From the NCBI RefSeq assembly GCF_013155575.1, contig NZ_JABJTU010000116.1: 28,109 bases of DNA. One strand, written 5' to 3'. Below the pieces are notes generated by a model that made no database searches, was not told where the DNA came from, and saw only the letters and a list, made by a program, of their open reading frames with translations. The DNA is from Corallococcus exiguus. Lineage in GTDB: Bacteria > Myxococcota > Myxococcia > Myxococcales > Myxococcaceae. The translations under genes were made by a program, and so were the position numbers. Shown here piece after piece: positions 15,586 to 25,065 of this stretch; the stretch's first letter is position 1; the number at the start of each line of letters is the position of its first letter.

Positions 15586-16848
15586 TCAATGCTGGGTCTC
15601 GCGGTCCTTGATGAGCCGCTCCAGCTCTTCCCGGATGATGGCCTCCGCCAGCTGCGGTACGACCTCCCAGGCAATCTTCTCGATGACCTCGCGGGACGCC
15701 TTCGACAGCGCCTCGCGCAGCAGCGCCTCGCCGCCATCCGCGGCCGGACGGGCGCGCGCGGGAGGAGTCGCCGGCGAGGGGCCGCCGATATCCAGGGAGA
15801 TTTCCTCCGCGCCGCTGGGCTCGGGCAACGAGTCCTCGATGCGGATGCTCCCCGTGCGGGCCTGCGCGGCGGGCGGGGCGGCCGGTGCACCCAGCCCGAA
15901 CGGATCCCGGGCACGGGCGGCCGGAGGCACCGCGGCGGGCGGGGGCGCGGACGGCAGCGGCGCGGCGCCCGGAGGACGCGGGAAGCCGCCCGGGATGTTC
16001 GGGGCGCCAGGGCCCGGAGGACGCGCGGCCATGCCCGGAGGCGGCGCACCCGGAGGACGCGCGCCCGGCGGCACGGCACCCGGAGGAGGACGCGCCCCCG
16101 GCGGCATGGCACCCGGAGGCGGCGCACCCGGAGGACGCGCACCCATGCCCGGAGGCGGCGCACCCGGCGGAGGACGTGCACCCGGCGGCATGGCGCCCGG
16201 AGGCGGCGCACCCGGAGGACGCGCGCCCGGAGGAACAGCGCCCGGCAGCGGACGCGCCGCACCCGGAGGAGGAGGCACACCGGCGCCCGGAGGACGCGCG
16301 CCCGGAGGCACGGCACCCGGCGGAGGACGCGCACCCGGCGGCACGGCGCCCGGAGGCGGCGCACCCGCGGGACGCGCACCCGGCGGCACGGCGGCGGCGG
16401 GCGGCGCGCTGGCCGGAGCGCTCGGGGCGGAGGTCTGGGGCAGAATGCGCGTCGCGGCGGACGCGGGCATCGTGTTGGACTTCTGGCCCACCAGCGCCTT
16501 CACCTTGTCGAGGAGGATCTGGCTCTCGAAGGGCTTGGCGATGTGGTCATCCGCCCGGGCGGCCTTCGCGCGGTTCTCGTCGAACGCCTCGAAGGTGCCG
16601 GCCAGGAGCAGCACCGGGATGGCCTGCGTGGAGGGGTCGCTCTTGAGCGCCTCGCAGACCTCGTAGCCGCTCTTGCCCGGCATCATCACGTCGGCGAGCA
16701 CCACGTCCGGACGCAGCTCGCGCGCGCGGGAGATGGCGTCCAGCCCGTTGTCCACCGCGGTCACCTGGAAGTCTTCCGTCGCGAAGATCATCCCGATCAC
16801 CTTGCGGATGGTGAGCGAGTCGTCGGCGATCAGTAGATTCTTGGGCAT
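15586..16848 (-). CDS. romR: RomR-like response regulator: N-terminal receiver domain, very long Pro/Gly/Ala-rich (PPGARPPGA)n linker, conserved acidic helical C-terminal domain
   Basis: Receiver motifs LLIADDS ... DVVLADVMMPGKSGYEV ... KPF. ~190 aa of PPGA/PPGARPPGAV repeats. C-terminal LLREALSKASREVIEKIAWEVVPQLAEAIIREELERLIKD. The REC / Pro-rich / Glu-rich helix architecture matches M. xanthus RomR as remembered. Start taken at ATG 16848 (MPKNLLIADD); alternatives are ATG 16872 or TTG 16932. Confidence 0.6.
   Translation of the reverse strand: MPKNLLIADDSLTIRKVIGMIFATEDFQVTAVDNGLDAISRARELRPDVVLADVMMPGKSGYEVCEALKSDPSTQAIPVLLLAGTFEAFDENRAKAARADDHIAKPFESQILLDKVKALVGQKSNTMPASAATRILPQTSAPSAPASAPPAAAVPPGARPAGAPPPGAVPPGARPPPGAVPPGARPPGAGVPPPPGAARPLPGAVPPGARPPGAPPPGAMPPGARPPPGAPPPGMGARPPGAPPPGAMPPGARPPPGAVPPGARPPGAPPPGMAARPPGPGAPNIPGGFPRPPGAAPLPSAPPPAAVPPAARARDPFGLGAPAAPPAAQARTGSIRIEDSLPEPSGAEEISLDIGGPSPATPPARARPAADGGEALLREALSKASREVIEKIAWEVVPQLAEAIIREELERLIKDRETQH
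15900..16455. repeat. Highly repetitive GC-rich coding repeats (ggcgcacccggaggacgcgcgcccggcggcacg-type, 9/27-nt periodicity) encoding the Pro-rich linker
   Basis: Direct inspection; the same units recur more than 15 times with minor variation. Confidence 0.8.
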
Positions 16849-16965
16849 CGGCTCCGGCCTCGGGGGGCGCATACCCCCCTGAATTCGTTTGAGATTTCGG
16901 GCGAGCAAGCCTGCCTGCACGCCCTGTGTCAATCGGAGAAGCTTAGGATTCGCGCGTTGGGCCGA

Positions 16966-17778
16966 TCAAGAAAACATGCGCTGCAGGTCCAGTAACATCA
17001 CCGGATCCGGCAGCCCCGGCGCCCGGAACGTTCCGGGAAGCTCGGCCGGCTTGAACTTCTGCAGCACACCAAGCACCCGGGTGGCCGCCAGCCCCACGTT
17101 CCGCCCCGCCAGTTCCGTGAGGACGAACAGCTCCTCCGCCTGGGCCGGCGCACCCAGCAGCGCTGGAATCGAACAGATGGGCCACAGCGCCTGCGCGTGG
17201 GGATAGACGCCCGCCACCGGCCCGCTCTGCACCGGGAGCACGCTGAACGCCTCGCCCCGGGGCACCACCTGGGAGACGCAACCCAGCGGAACGCCGAACA
17301 GCACCCCCTGGGATTCCAGCACCAGTGCCCGCTCCGGGGGCACGTCCGCGTAGTGCACGGGCCGGGGCTCCGGCGGGGTCGCCCGGGGACCCGCCCGGTG
17401 CGGCAGCGCCTCCACGATGAGCTCCAGGTACAGCCGATCCTTGTGCAGCACCGCGCCCCGGCTCAGCGGCGCCAGCGAGTCCGCCAGGCCCGGAGGCAGC
17501 AGGAAGAACGGATCCCTCGCGACGTCCGCGACCTCCACCACGGCGCGCACCCGCACCGCGAGCGTGGGGCTGACGTCCAGGACCACGACCATGCCCGGCA
17601 CTTCCTCAGGCAGGCCGCCGAGCAGCGCGGCGAGGTCCTTCACTTCCAGTACGCCGCGCAGACTCGCGCCGCGAGCGCCCGGCATCGCGACCTCGATGAC
17701 GGAGGTGGCCTCTACCGCGTAGCGCGTCTCTCCGGCCTCCACCAGCAGGCAGAGCCGCCGTCCGCTTTCAAAGGGCAC
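16966..17778 (-). CDS. Tandem CheW-like domain protein (putative chemosensory coupling/adaptor protein), upstream of and probably co-transcribed with the romR-like gene
   Basis: Two segments resemble CheW cores (RRLCLLVEAGETRYAVEATSVIEV ... VKDLAALLG and ALVLESQGVLFGVPLGCVSQVV). GTG start at 17778 is preceded by AGGG. Its stop lies 34 nt before the upstream-most romR start candidate. The family call is weak. Confidence 0.4.
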   Translation of the reverse strand: MPFESGRRLCLLVEAGETRYAVEATSVIEVAMPGARGASLRGVLEVKDLAALLGGLPEEVPGMVVVLDVSPTLAVRVRAVVEVADVARDPFFLLPPGLADSLAPLSRGAVLHKDRLYLELIVEALPHRAGPRATPPEPRPVHYADVPPERALVLESQGVLFGVPLGCVSQVVPRGEAFSVLPVQSGPVAGVYPHAQALWPICSIPALLGAPAQAEELFVLTELAGRNVGLAATRVLGVLQKFKPAELPGTFRAPGLPDPVMLLDLQRMFS

Positions 17779-17831
17779 GGCCCGGGACCCTAGCAGCCTT
17801 CCAGCGTTGGGTGCTAAGCCCTGAAACAGTC

Positions 17832-19220
17832 ATGGCGCGACTGCTCCTCGTCGACGACGAAAAGATCGCCCGCAACCTCTACGGCGACTACCTCACGGCC
17901 GCGGGACACCTCGTCACTGCGGTGCCCACTGTGGCGGACGCGAAGGCCGCCCTCTCCGCGGCGCGGTTCGACGCGGTGGTGACGGACCTCATCCTCCCCG
18001 GCGGCGACGGCATGGAAGTCCTCCGTCACGTGCGCGAGCGCTATCCCGGCGTGGAGGTGCTGGTCATCACCGGCCTGGACAAGGTGGCCCCCGCGGTGCG
18101 CGCCATCAAGAGCGGCGCGGCGGAGTACCTGGTCAAGCCCGTGGCTCCGGAGGCCCTGGAGCACGCGCTGCGCCGCGCGCTCACCACGCGCGACCTGATG
18201 CGTGAGAACGCGTCCCTGCGCCAGCACGTCGCGCTGCTGGAGGCGGGCCAGCGCATCGCCACCACGCTCGACCGCGAGCGGCTGTCCACGGCCGCGTCGG
18301 ACGCGCTGGAGTCCATGGCCAACGCCTCCGCGGTGATGCTCCTGGAGCGGGATCCCGGCGGCACGGGCTTCCGCTCGCACGGCATGCGCGGGCTGCCGGT
18401 GGACCTGCACGAGGCGCTCGTCCCGCTGCTCATCGAGCGGCTTTCGGGCACGCGCACGCAGGTGGAACTCGACGGACTTCAAGTTCCCTGGCCGCGCACC
18501 CTCTCCTTCCCCGCCGTGGACGGGGAATTGGTGCTGGGCCACGCGGTGCTCTTCCACGACAACGCGCCCGCGGAGCACCACGCGGAGACGGTGGGCTTCC
18601 TCGTGCGCAACTGGGCGCTGGCCCTGCGCAACCTGGGCCGCTTCGCCGCCGTGGAGGACCTGGCCTACGTCGACGATCTCACCCGCCTGTTCAACACGCG
18701 CTACCTGCACCTGGTGCTGGACCGCGAGGTGAACGAGGCCCTGCAGACAGAGCGGCCCTTCTCCCTGCTGTTCCTGGACCTGGACCGCTTCAAGGCCATC
18801 AACGACACGCACGGGCACCTGGTGGGCTCGCGGGTGCTGGTGGAGGCCGCGCGCGTGCTCAAGGGCTGCGTGCGCGACCCGGACGTGGTGGCGCGCTTCG
18901 GCGGCGACGAGTACGTGGTGCTCCTGCGCGGCACGGACTCCGGCGGGGCCCTCAAGGTCGCCGAGCGCATCCGCCGCACCATGGAGACCCATCAGTTCCT
19001 GGGCCGCGAGGGGCTGGCGCTCAAGCTCACCACCTGCATCGGCGTGGCCAGCTTCCCCGAGCATGCCCAGGACAAGGACCACCTGCTGGACCTGTCCGAC
19101 CGGGCCATGTACCGGGGCAAGCGTGGCACCCGGAACGTCGTCTACATGGCGGCGCAGGACCTGGAAGCCACCCCGGCCGAGCGCCGTCAGAATCCCCCGC
19201 CCCCGCAGGGCCAGGGCTGA
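17832..19220 (+). CDS. Response regulator-diguanylate cyclase (REC + GAF-like? + GGDEF; motif variant GGDEY)
   Basis: REC: LLLVDDEKIARNLYGDYL ... DAVVTDLILPGGDGMEV ... KPV. GGDEF domain: RLFNTRYL ... LFLDLDRFKAINDTHGH ... RFGGDEYVVLL ... DRAMYRGK. The active-site motif reads GGDEY rather than GGDEF. The GAF-like call rests only on the inter-domain region and is not motif-supported. Confidence 0.75.
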   Translation: MARLLLVDDEKIARNLYGDYLTAAGHLVTAVPTVADAKAALSAARFDAVVTDLILPGGDGMEVLRHVRERYPGVEVLVITGLDKVAPAVRAIKSGAAEYLVKPVAPEALEHALRRALTTRDLMRENASLRQHVALLEAGQRIATTLDRERLSTAASDALESMANASAVMLLERDPGGTGFRSHGMRGLPVDLHEALVPLLIERLSGTRTQVELDGLQVPWPRTLSFPAVDGELVLGHAVLFHDNAPAEHHAETVGFLVRNWALALRNLGRFAAVEDLAYVDDLTRLFNTRYLHLVLDREVNEALQTERPFSLLFLDLDRFKAINDTHGHLVGSRVLVEAARVLKGCVRDPDVVARFGGDEYVVLLRGTDSGGALKVAERIRRTMETHQFLGREGLALKLTTCIGVASFPEHAQDKDHLLDLSDRAMYRGKRGTRNVVYMAAQDLEATPAERRQNPPPPQGQG

Positions 19221-19235
19221 AAGCCGCACCGCGCG

Positions 19236-19625
19236 CTACTTGCGCAGGCTGCCCACGGTGAGGTGCTTGGGCAGCTCCACTTCCGCGGGCACGCCGCCGC
19301 CGCCCTCGCCCACCGCCTCCACCTCTTCGTGAGACGCGCCGGTGGTGATGAGGCGGTACTTCTGCGACGCCTCGCGGTCGTGCTGGGCCTGCTCCGGATC
19401 CAACCGCGCGATGAGCTGCCAGAAGAGGGCCGCGTGCTCCCGCTCCTCGTCCATGACGTGCCGCAGGATGGCCTTCGCCTCCTCGTTGTCCGTCGCGTCC
19501 AGGTGCGCGGCGTAGAGGTTGATGGCGTCCAGCTCCGCCTCGATGTTGAGCCGGATGGAGCGGGCCAGTTCGGAGTCCGTCAGCTTCCGGGGCACCAGCG
19601 AGTGGAACGGGTTCGTCTGCGGCAT
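19236..19625 (-). CDS. encC: Ferritin-like (rubrerythrin/EncFtn-type ExxH) encapsulin cargo protein of the EncB/EncC type, with C-terminal LTVGSLR targeting peptide
   Basis: ATG at 19625 is preceded by GAGG at 5-nt spacing; the long upstream part of the track ORF has GC-artefact composition and was rejected. 129 aa. EAELDAINLYAAHLD ... MDEEREHAALFWQLI gives a di-iron ExxH helix pair. A Gly-rich linker (GEGGGG) is followed by the C-terminal PKHLTVGSLRK, matching the LTVGSLR-type cargo-loading peptide of M. xanthus EncB/C/D as remembered. No encapsulin shell gene is in the window. Confidence 0.7.
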   Translation of the reverse strand: MPQTNPFHSLVPRKLTDSELARSIRLNIEAELDAINLYAAHLDATDNEEAKAILRHVMDEEREHAALFWQLIARLDPEQAQHDREASQKYRLITTGASHEEVEAVGEGGGGVPAEVELPKHLTVGSLRK

Positions 19626-19782
19626 GAAGACCTCAGCGACAGGGAGGGTTTCCAGCAAGCGAGCGGGCAGCAGCGTTTCCGTCAGGCCAGGCCGGAAGGC
19701 GTGCGCGAGCATCCGTTCGGTCGCGAGCGCGGTCAACCGAATCCCGCTGGGGGTGCGTTGCACGTGAACACCTGCCTCCGCC

Positions 19783-21312
19783 ATGCTCCCGCGCATGGAG
19801 ACCCCCTCGGCGCTCGCGCAGCTTCTCCAGGCCCTGGACGCGGGGGACCTGGAGAAGGCACGGCTCGCGGCCGTGGCGCTGCAACGCGCCAACGCCCACA
19901 CCCATCAGGTCGCCGCGGAGGTCCTCCATGAGCTGCGTCAGCCCCTGCTGGGCGCGAAGGCCTACGCCCAGCTGCTGGCCGAGGAAGGAGGCTCCAGCGG
20001 CCCGCTGAAGCTGCTGCTCGCGCAGGTGGAGCGGATGGAGCAGATCGTCTCCGACTTCATCCGCCTGGCCAGCGAGCGGCCGGCCCCGCAGCAGCGGCTG
20101 TCCCTGGCCGCGCCCATCTGGGCGGCGGCGAAGGTGTTCAGCGTCAACCCGGACTCGGCGCGCATCTCCCTGGAGGTGGAGGCCCCCGAGGACCTCACCA
20201 TCCAGGGCAACGCGCGGCTGATTGAGCAGCTCACGCTCAACCTGCTCAACAACGCCCGCGACGCCATGTCCGGCCGGGGCCGCGTGAAGGTGACGCTCAC
20301 GCGCGATGGCGCCTCCGCGGCCCTCTACGTGTCCGACTGGGGACCGGGCATCCCGGACGAGCTGAAGACGCGCATCTTCGAACCCTACGTCTCCGCCAGC
20401 AAACGCGGCACGGGCCTGGGGCTCGCCGTCTGTCGTCGCATCGCGCAGGAGCACCACGCGCAGATTGCCCTGGTGCCGCCCACGACGCTGCGCGAGGTGC
20501 CGCCCCCGGCCACTGTGTTCCGCGTGCTCTTCCCGCCCACGGACGCGCCGCGCCCGCCGCGCAAGCGCCTGCTGGTGGTGGACGACGAGGGCATCATCCG
20601 GATGGTCTTCAAGGACCTGATGGACAAGGAGTGCGAGGTCATTGAAGCGGCCACGGGCGAGGCCGCGCTCGAAATCCTCCGCTCGTCGCGCGTGGACCTC
20701 ATCGTCACGGACAAGAACCTGCCCGGCATCTCCGGCCTGGAGCTGGCCCAGCACGCGCGGAAGCTGGACCCCGCGTCGCGCGTCATCCTGATGACGGGCT
20801 ACCCCTCGCTGGTGACGACGCAGCAGGCGCTGCAGCTGGGCGTGGTGGACTACCTGCTCAAGCCCTTCGACGACATCCGCCAGGTGCGCGCGCTGCTGCG
20901 GCAGGCGCTGTACACGCCGGCCGCGCCGCCTGTCCCCGCCCCCAGCGCTGGCGTGCGCCGGGTGGACGTGCTGGAGGACAACCCGGCCACCGCGCGGCTG
21001 ATTTCAGAGGCGCTGACGCTGCTGGGCCTGGAGGCGCGCGTCGTCGCGGGCGCGGAGGTGGCCACCATGGAGCCGCCCGTGGGCGTGGTGGTGTCGTGGG
21101 ACTTCGCGCCGGCCTACGGCAAGAAGGCGCTGGAGCTGGCCCGGGCCCTGAGCCAGGGCGCGCCCTTCGTCGTCCTGGCCGAGCACCTCACCATGGACAC
21201 GGCGCTGGCGTCGCTGCGCGCCGGGGCCGCCGCGTGCCTGCCCAAGCTGCTCTCCGACACCTCCGCGCTCAGCCGAGAGCTGGGCCTGGCCTTCAAGAAG
21301 ACCGCTTCCTGA
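19783..21312 (+). CDS. Hybrid sensor histidine kinase / response regulator (HisKA + HATPase_c + receiver + second receiver-like domain)
   Basis: H-box HELRQPL. N/G boxes NLLNNARDAM and DWGPGIP ... GTGLGLAV. Receiver LLVVDDEGIIR ... DLIVTDKNLPGISG ... KPF. The C-terminal ~120 aa is a degenerate receiver-like domain. No obvious RBS at either candidate ATG (19783/19795). Confidence 0.8.
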   Translation: MLPRMETPSALAQLLQALDAGDLEKARLAAVALQRANAHTHQVAAEVLHELRQPLLGAKAYAQLLAEEGGSSGPLKLLLAQVERMEQIVSDFIRLASERPAPQQRLSLAAPIWAAAKVFSVNPDSARISLEVEAPEDLTIQGNARLIEQLTLNLLNNARDAMSGRGRVKVTLTRDGASAALYVSDWGPGIPDELKTRIFEPYVSASKRGTGLGLAVCRRIAQEHHAQIALVPPTTLREVPPPATVFRVLFPPTDAPRPPRKRLLVVDDEGIIRMVFKDLMDKECEVIEAATGEAALEILRSSRVDLIVTDKNLPGISGLELAQHARKLDPASRVILMTGYPSLVTTQQALQLGVVDYLLKPFDDIRQVRALLRQALYTPAAPPVPAPSAGVRRVDVLEDNPATARLISEALTLLGLEARVVAGAEVATMEPPVGVVVSWDFAPAYGKKALELARALSQGAPFVVLAEHLTMDTALASLRAGAAACLPKLLSDTSALSRELGLAFKKTAS

Positions 21313-21320
21313 AAAAGACT

Positions 21321-21363
21321 CCGGCCCCGGGCGCCCCGCTTTCGCGAGGCCCACCGGGGCCGG
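21321..21363. terminator. GC-rich inverted repeats between convergent HK and groEL genes; possible bidirectional terminator
   Basis: ccggcccc (21321-21328) pairs with ggggccgg (21356-21363). An inner 5-bp stem ggccc-acc-gggcc is also present. Large loop and no clear T-tract, so weak. Confidence 0.25.
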
Positions 21364-21397
21364 AAACCCTACGAAGCTACGGAGCCGTTACGTCGGC

Positions 21398-23089
<1,692 letters not shown>

Positions 23090-23116
23090 TTAGCACTCGG
23101 CCATGTCGAGCGCCAA
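23090..23116. promoter_or_regulatory. CIRCE-like element (HrcA operator) upstream of groEL
   Basis: TTAGCACTC-ggccatgtc-GAGCGCCAA versus consensus TTAGCACTC-N9-GAGTGCTAA: left arm 9/9, right arm 7/9, exact 9-nt spacer. About 50 nt upstream of the groEL ATG. Confidence 0.6.
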
Positions 23117-23220
23117 CATAAGGGCCGCATCGACGATGTCAACGGAAAGGGGCAGACGTGTGGGCCTGAGGACGCCTACTGGCCCGCCTGGGTGGGGGGC
23201 CCAGACGGCCCGGGAAGGCC

Positions 23221-23577
23221 CTACTCCGCGAAGCGCACGAGGTTGAGCAGTTGCCCCATGTCCAGGGGCTTCTGCAGGGTGATGGCGACGCCCTTGCGCA
23301 GGCCCCGGTCGGAGATGTTGGCGTCCGTGCTGGCGGTCATCATCAGGACGGAGATGCGCTGGAAGCGGGGGTCCGCCTTCAGCATCTCCGTGAAGTGGAT
23401 GCCGTCCAGGTGGGGCATCAGGTAGTCGGTGATGACCAGCCCCACGGGGTGACGCTCCATGATGTCCAGGGCCTGGAGCGCGTCCGACGCCGAGAACACG
23501 GTGTAGCCATGCATCTCCAGGTAGCGAGAGAGCATGGTGCACAGCTCGTAATCGTCGTCGACGACCAGGATGTTCAC
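23221..23577 (-). CDS. Single-domain CheY-like response regulator
   Basis: 118 aa. ILVVDDD ... GLVITDYLMPHLDG ... LQKPL carries the Asp pocket, phospho-acceptor Asp and conserved Lys. GTG start, no clear SD. Confidence 0.8.
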   Translation of the reverse strand: MNILVVDDDYELCTMLSRYLEMHGYTVFSASDALQALDIMERHPVGLVITDYLMPHLDGIHFTEMLKADPRFQRISVLMMTASTDANISDRGLRKGVAITLQKPLDMGQLLNLVRFAE

Positions 23578-23665
23578 GGGGTTCGGGCCGAAACGGGGCG
23601 CTGGAAGGTAACAGCGACGCCGGTCGTTGACAACGCGAAGGACGGCTTCTTAGCTGCCGGCCCGA

Positions 23666-24739
23666 ATGGCGAAGCGCATGGCGAAGCAAGGGGAGGCGCG
23701 AGGCGTGGACGCGCGGCTGGAGGGGCTCGCTGACGCCTTCGAGGCGCGGGACTTCGAGGCCGCGCTCACCAGCGCCGACGCCCTGCTCCGGGACGTTCCG
23801 GACTCACCAGAAGCCCTGCACTACCGGGCCGCCGCGCTGGTGGAGGTGGGACGCCTGGAGGACGCGGGCAAGGCCTATGGCGCCGCCCTCAAGCTGGCCC
23901 CGGAAGACCTGGAGATCCTTTTCGGCGCGGCGGAATTCCTCGTGTGCCGTACCGGCGAGGACCGCGAGGCGGTGGAGGAAGGGCTGGAGTGGTGCGGCCG
24001 CGGGCGGAAGCTGGCGCAGCGGGCCGATGACGTGGAGCTCGTCTACGAGTTCCTCCTCCTGGAGGGCATGGGCCTCAACCAGCTGGGGGAATGTGAGTCC
24101 GCGCTGAAAATCCTGGACCAGGCGCTGACGCACATGCCGCGCTCGACGGACGCGCAGCTGGAGCGGGGCATCGCGCTGTTCGAGTTGTGCCGCTTCGCGC
24201 CCGCGCAGGAGTCCTTCGAGCGAGTGTTGAAGGACGCGCCGGATGAAGCCTGGGCGCACCACTACCTGGGGCTCGTCGCGGAGCGGCGCCAGGATGCGAA
24301 GGAGGCGAAGAAGCGCTTCTCCCGGGCGCAGGCGCTGGCCCCGGAGGAGCTGCCGCCGCCGGTGGCGCTGGAGGAGGCGGCGTTCGACCGCGCGGTGGAG
24401 GACGCGATGCGCGCCCTGCCCTCCCAGGTGAAGCAGTACATGGACAACGTGACGCTGGCGGTGGAGGACCTGCCGTCGGATGAGGACCTGCTGGGTCAGC
24501 AGCCGCCGCTGTCGCCGTGCATCCTGGGGGTGTTCCGGGGCACGCCCGTGGGCGAGCGCAGCGTGATGGACGCGGCGGATCACTTCCCGCCCTCCATCGT
24601 GCTGTACCAGAAGAACCTGGAGCGTTTCGCGCGGACCCGCGAGGAACTCATCGAACAGATTGGCATCACGGTGATGCACGAAGTCGGTCACTTGATGGGT
24701 CTGGATGAAGACGACCTGTGGGAGCGGGGGCTGGACTAG
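23666..24739 (+). CDS. TPR-repeat protein fused to a C-terminal Zincin_1-type (HExxH) putative metallopeptidase domain
   Basis: Several TPR-like helix pairs (EALHYRAAALVEVGRLEDAGKAYGAALKLAPED; AWAHHYLGLVAERRQDAKEAKKRFSRAQALAP). The C-terminus ends ITVMHEVGHLMGLDEDDLWERG, the HExxH...D(e)d signature of the small 'possible zinc metallopeptidase' family. No signal peptide. Confidence 0.6.
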   Translation: MAKRMAKQGEARGVDARLEGLADAFEARDFEAALTSADALLRDVPDSPEALHYRAAALVEVGRLEDAGKAYGAALKLAPEDLEILFGAAEFLVCRTGEDREAVEEGLEWCGRGRKLAQRADDVELVYEFLLLEGMGLNQLGECESALKILDQALTHMPRSTDAQLERGIALFELCRFAPAQESFERVLKDAPDEAWAHHYLGLVAERRQDAKEAKKRFSRAQALAPEELPPPVALEEAAFDRAVEDAMRALPSQVKQYMDNVTLAVEDLPSDEDLLGQQPPLSPCILGVFRGTPVGERSVMDAADHFPPSIVLYQKNLERFARTREELIEQIGITVMHEVGHLMGLDEDDLWERGLD

Positions 24740-24759
24740 CGCCGTTCTCCCCTGCCCTG

Positions 24760-25062
24760 ATGCGCGCCATGCATGCATGGACGAAGCTGGGGCTGATGGC
24801 GGTGCTGGGTCTGACGGGCTGTCTGGGCGACGACGACGAAGAGCCGCGCACGTGTCCGCAGGTGGTGGTGTTCGCGCGCTCGGACAGCGAGACGTGCAAG
24901 TCCTTCCCGACGCCGTGTGACGTGCCGGAGGGGTACGTTGAGTGCTGCGGCGGGCTCTTCGGAGGCTGCGCGGGGAACGTGTCCGGGAACACCTGCGTGG
25001 ATGATCCGTCCGACACGTGCCAGCCCGGGGGCAGCGCGGACTGCCCGGGCATCTGCCAGTAG
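24760..25062 (+). CDS. Small Cys-rich lipoprotein (about 10 Cys in ~80 mature residues)
   Basis: MRAMHAWTKLGLMAVLGLTGC has a lipobox LTG|C. Mature region is acidic with CPQ, CKSFPTPCDVPEGYVECCGGLFGGCAGN, CVDD, CQPGGSADCPGICQ. No SD, and the start is ambiguous (24760/24769/24796). Its stop is 3 nt from the convergent transglutaminase-like stop. Confidence 0.45.
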   Translation: MRAMHAWTKLGLMAVLGLTGCLGDDDEEPRTCPQVVVFARSDSETCKSFPTPCDVPEGYVECCGGLFGGCAGNVSGNTCVDDPSDTCQPGGSADCPGICQ

Positions 25063-25065
25063 GCG

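Noticed and set aside
15900-16455. Repetitive array considered as a possible CRISPR or minisatellite
   Set aside because: There is no unique-spacer/repeat alternation. It is in-frame coding sequence for a Pro-rich linker inside a response-regulator ORF.
12800-16666. 1288-aa plus-strand ORF spanning valS and the romR-like gene
   Set aside because: Antisense to valS, which has strong class-I aaRS motifs. Extreme R/A/G/L composition and open only because of GC-rich codon bias.
19626-19901. N-terminal 92 aa of the 221-aa track ORF for the encapsulin cargo gene
   Set aside because: The upstream extension is Ala/Arg/Ser-rich with no SD. An ATG with GAGG SD at 19625 gives a 129-aa product matching the size of EncB/C-type cargo proteins.
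19633-20754. 373-aa minus-strand ORF inside the hybrid histidine kinase gene
   Set aside because: Antisense to HisKA/HATPase motifs; composition artefact.
23188-23222. GC-rich stretch gggggcccagacggcccgggaaggccc downstream of the CheY-like gene as terminator
   Set aside because: Only short (5-bp) imperfect stems and no T-tract; not convincing.
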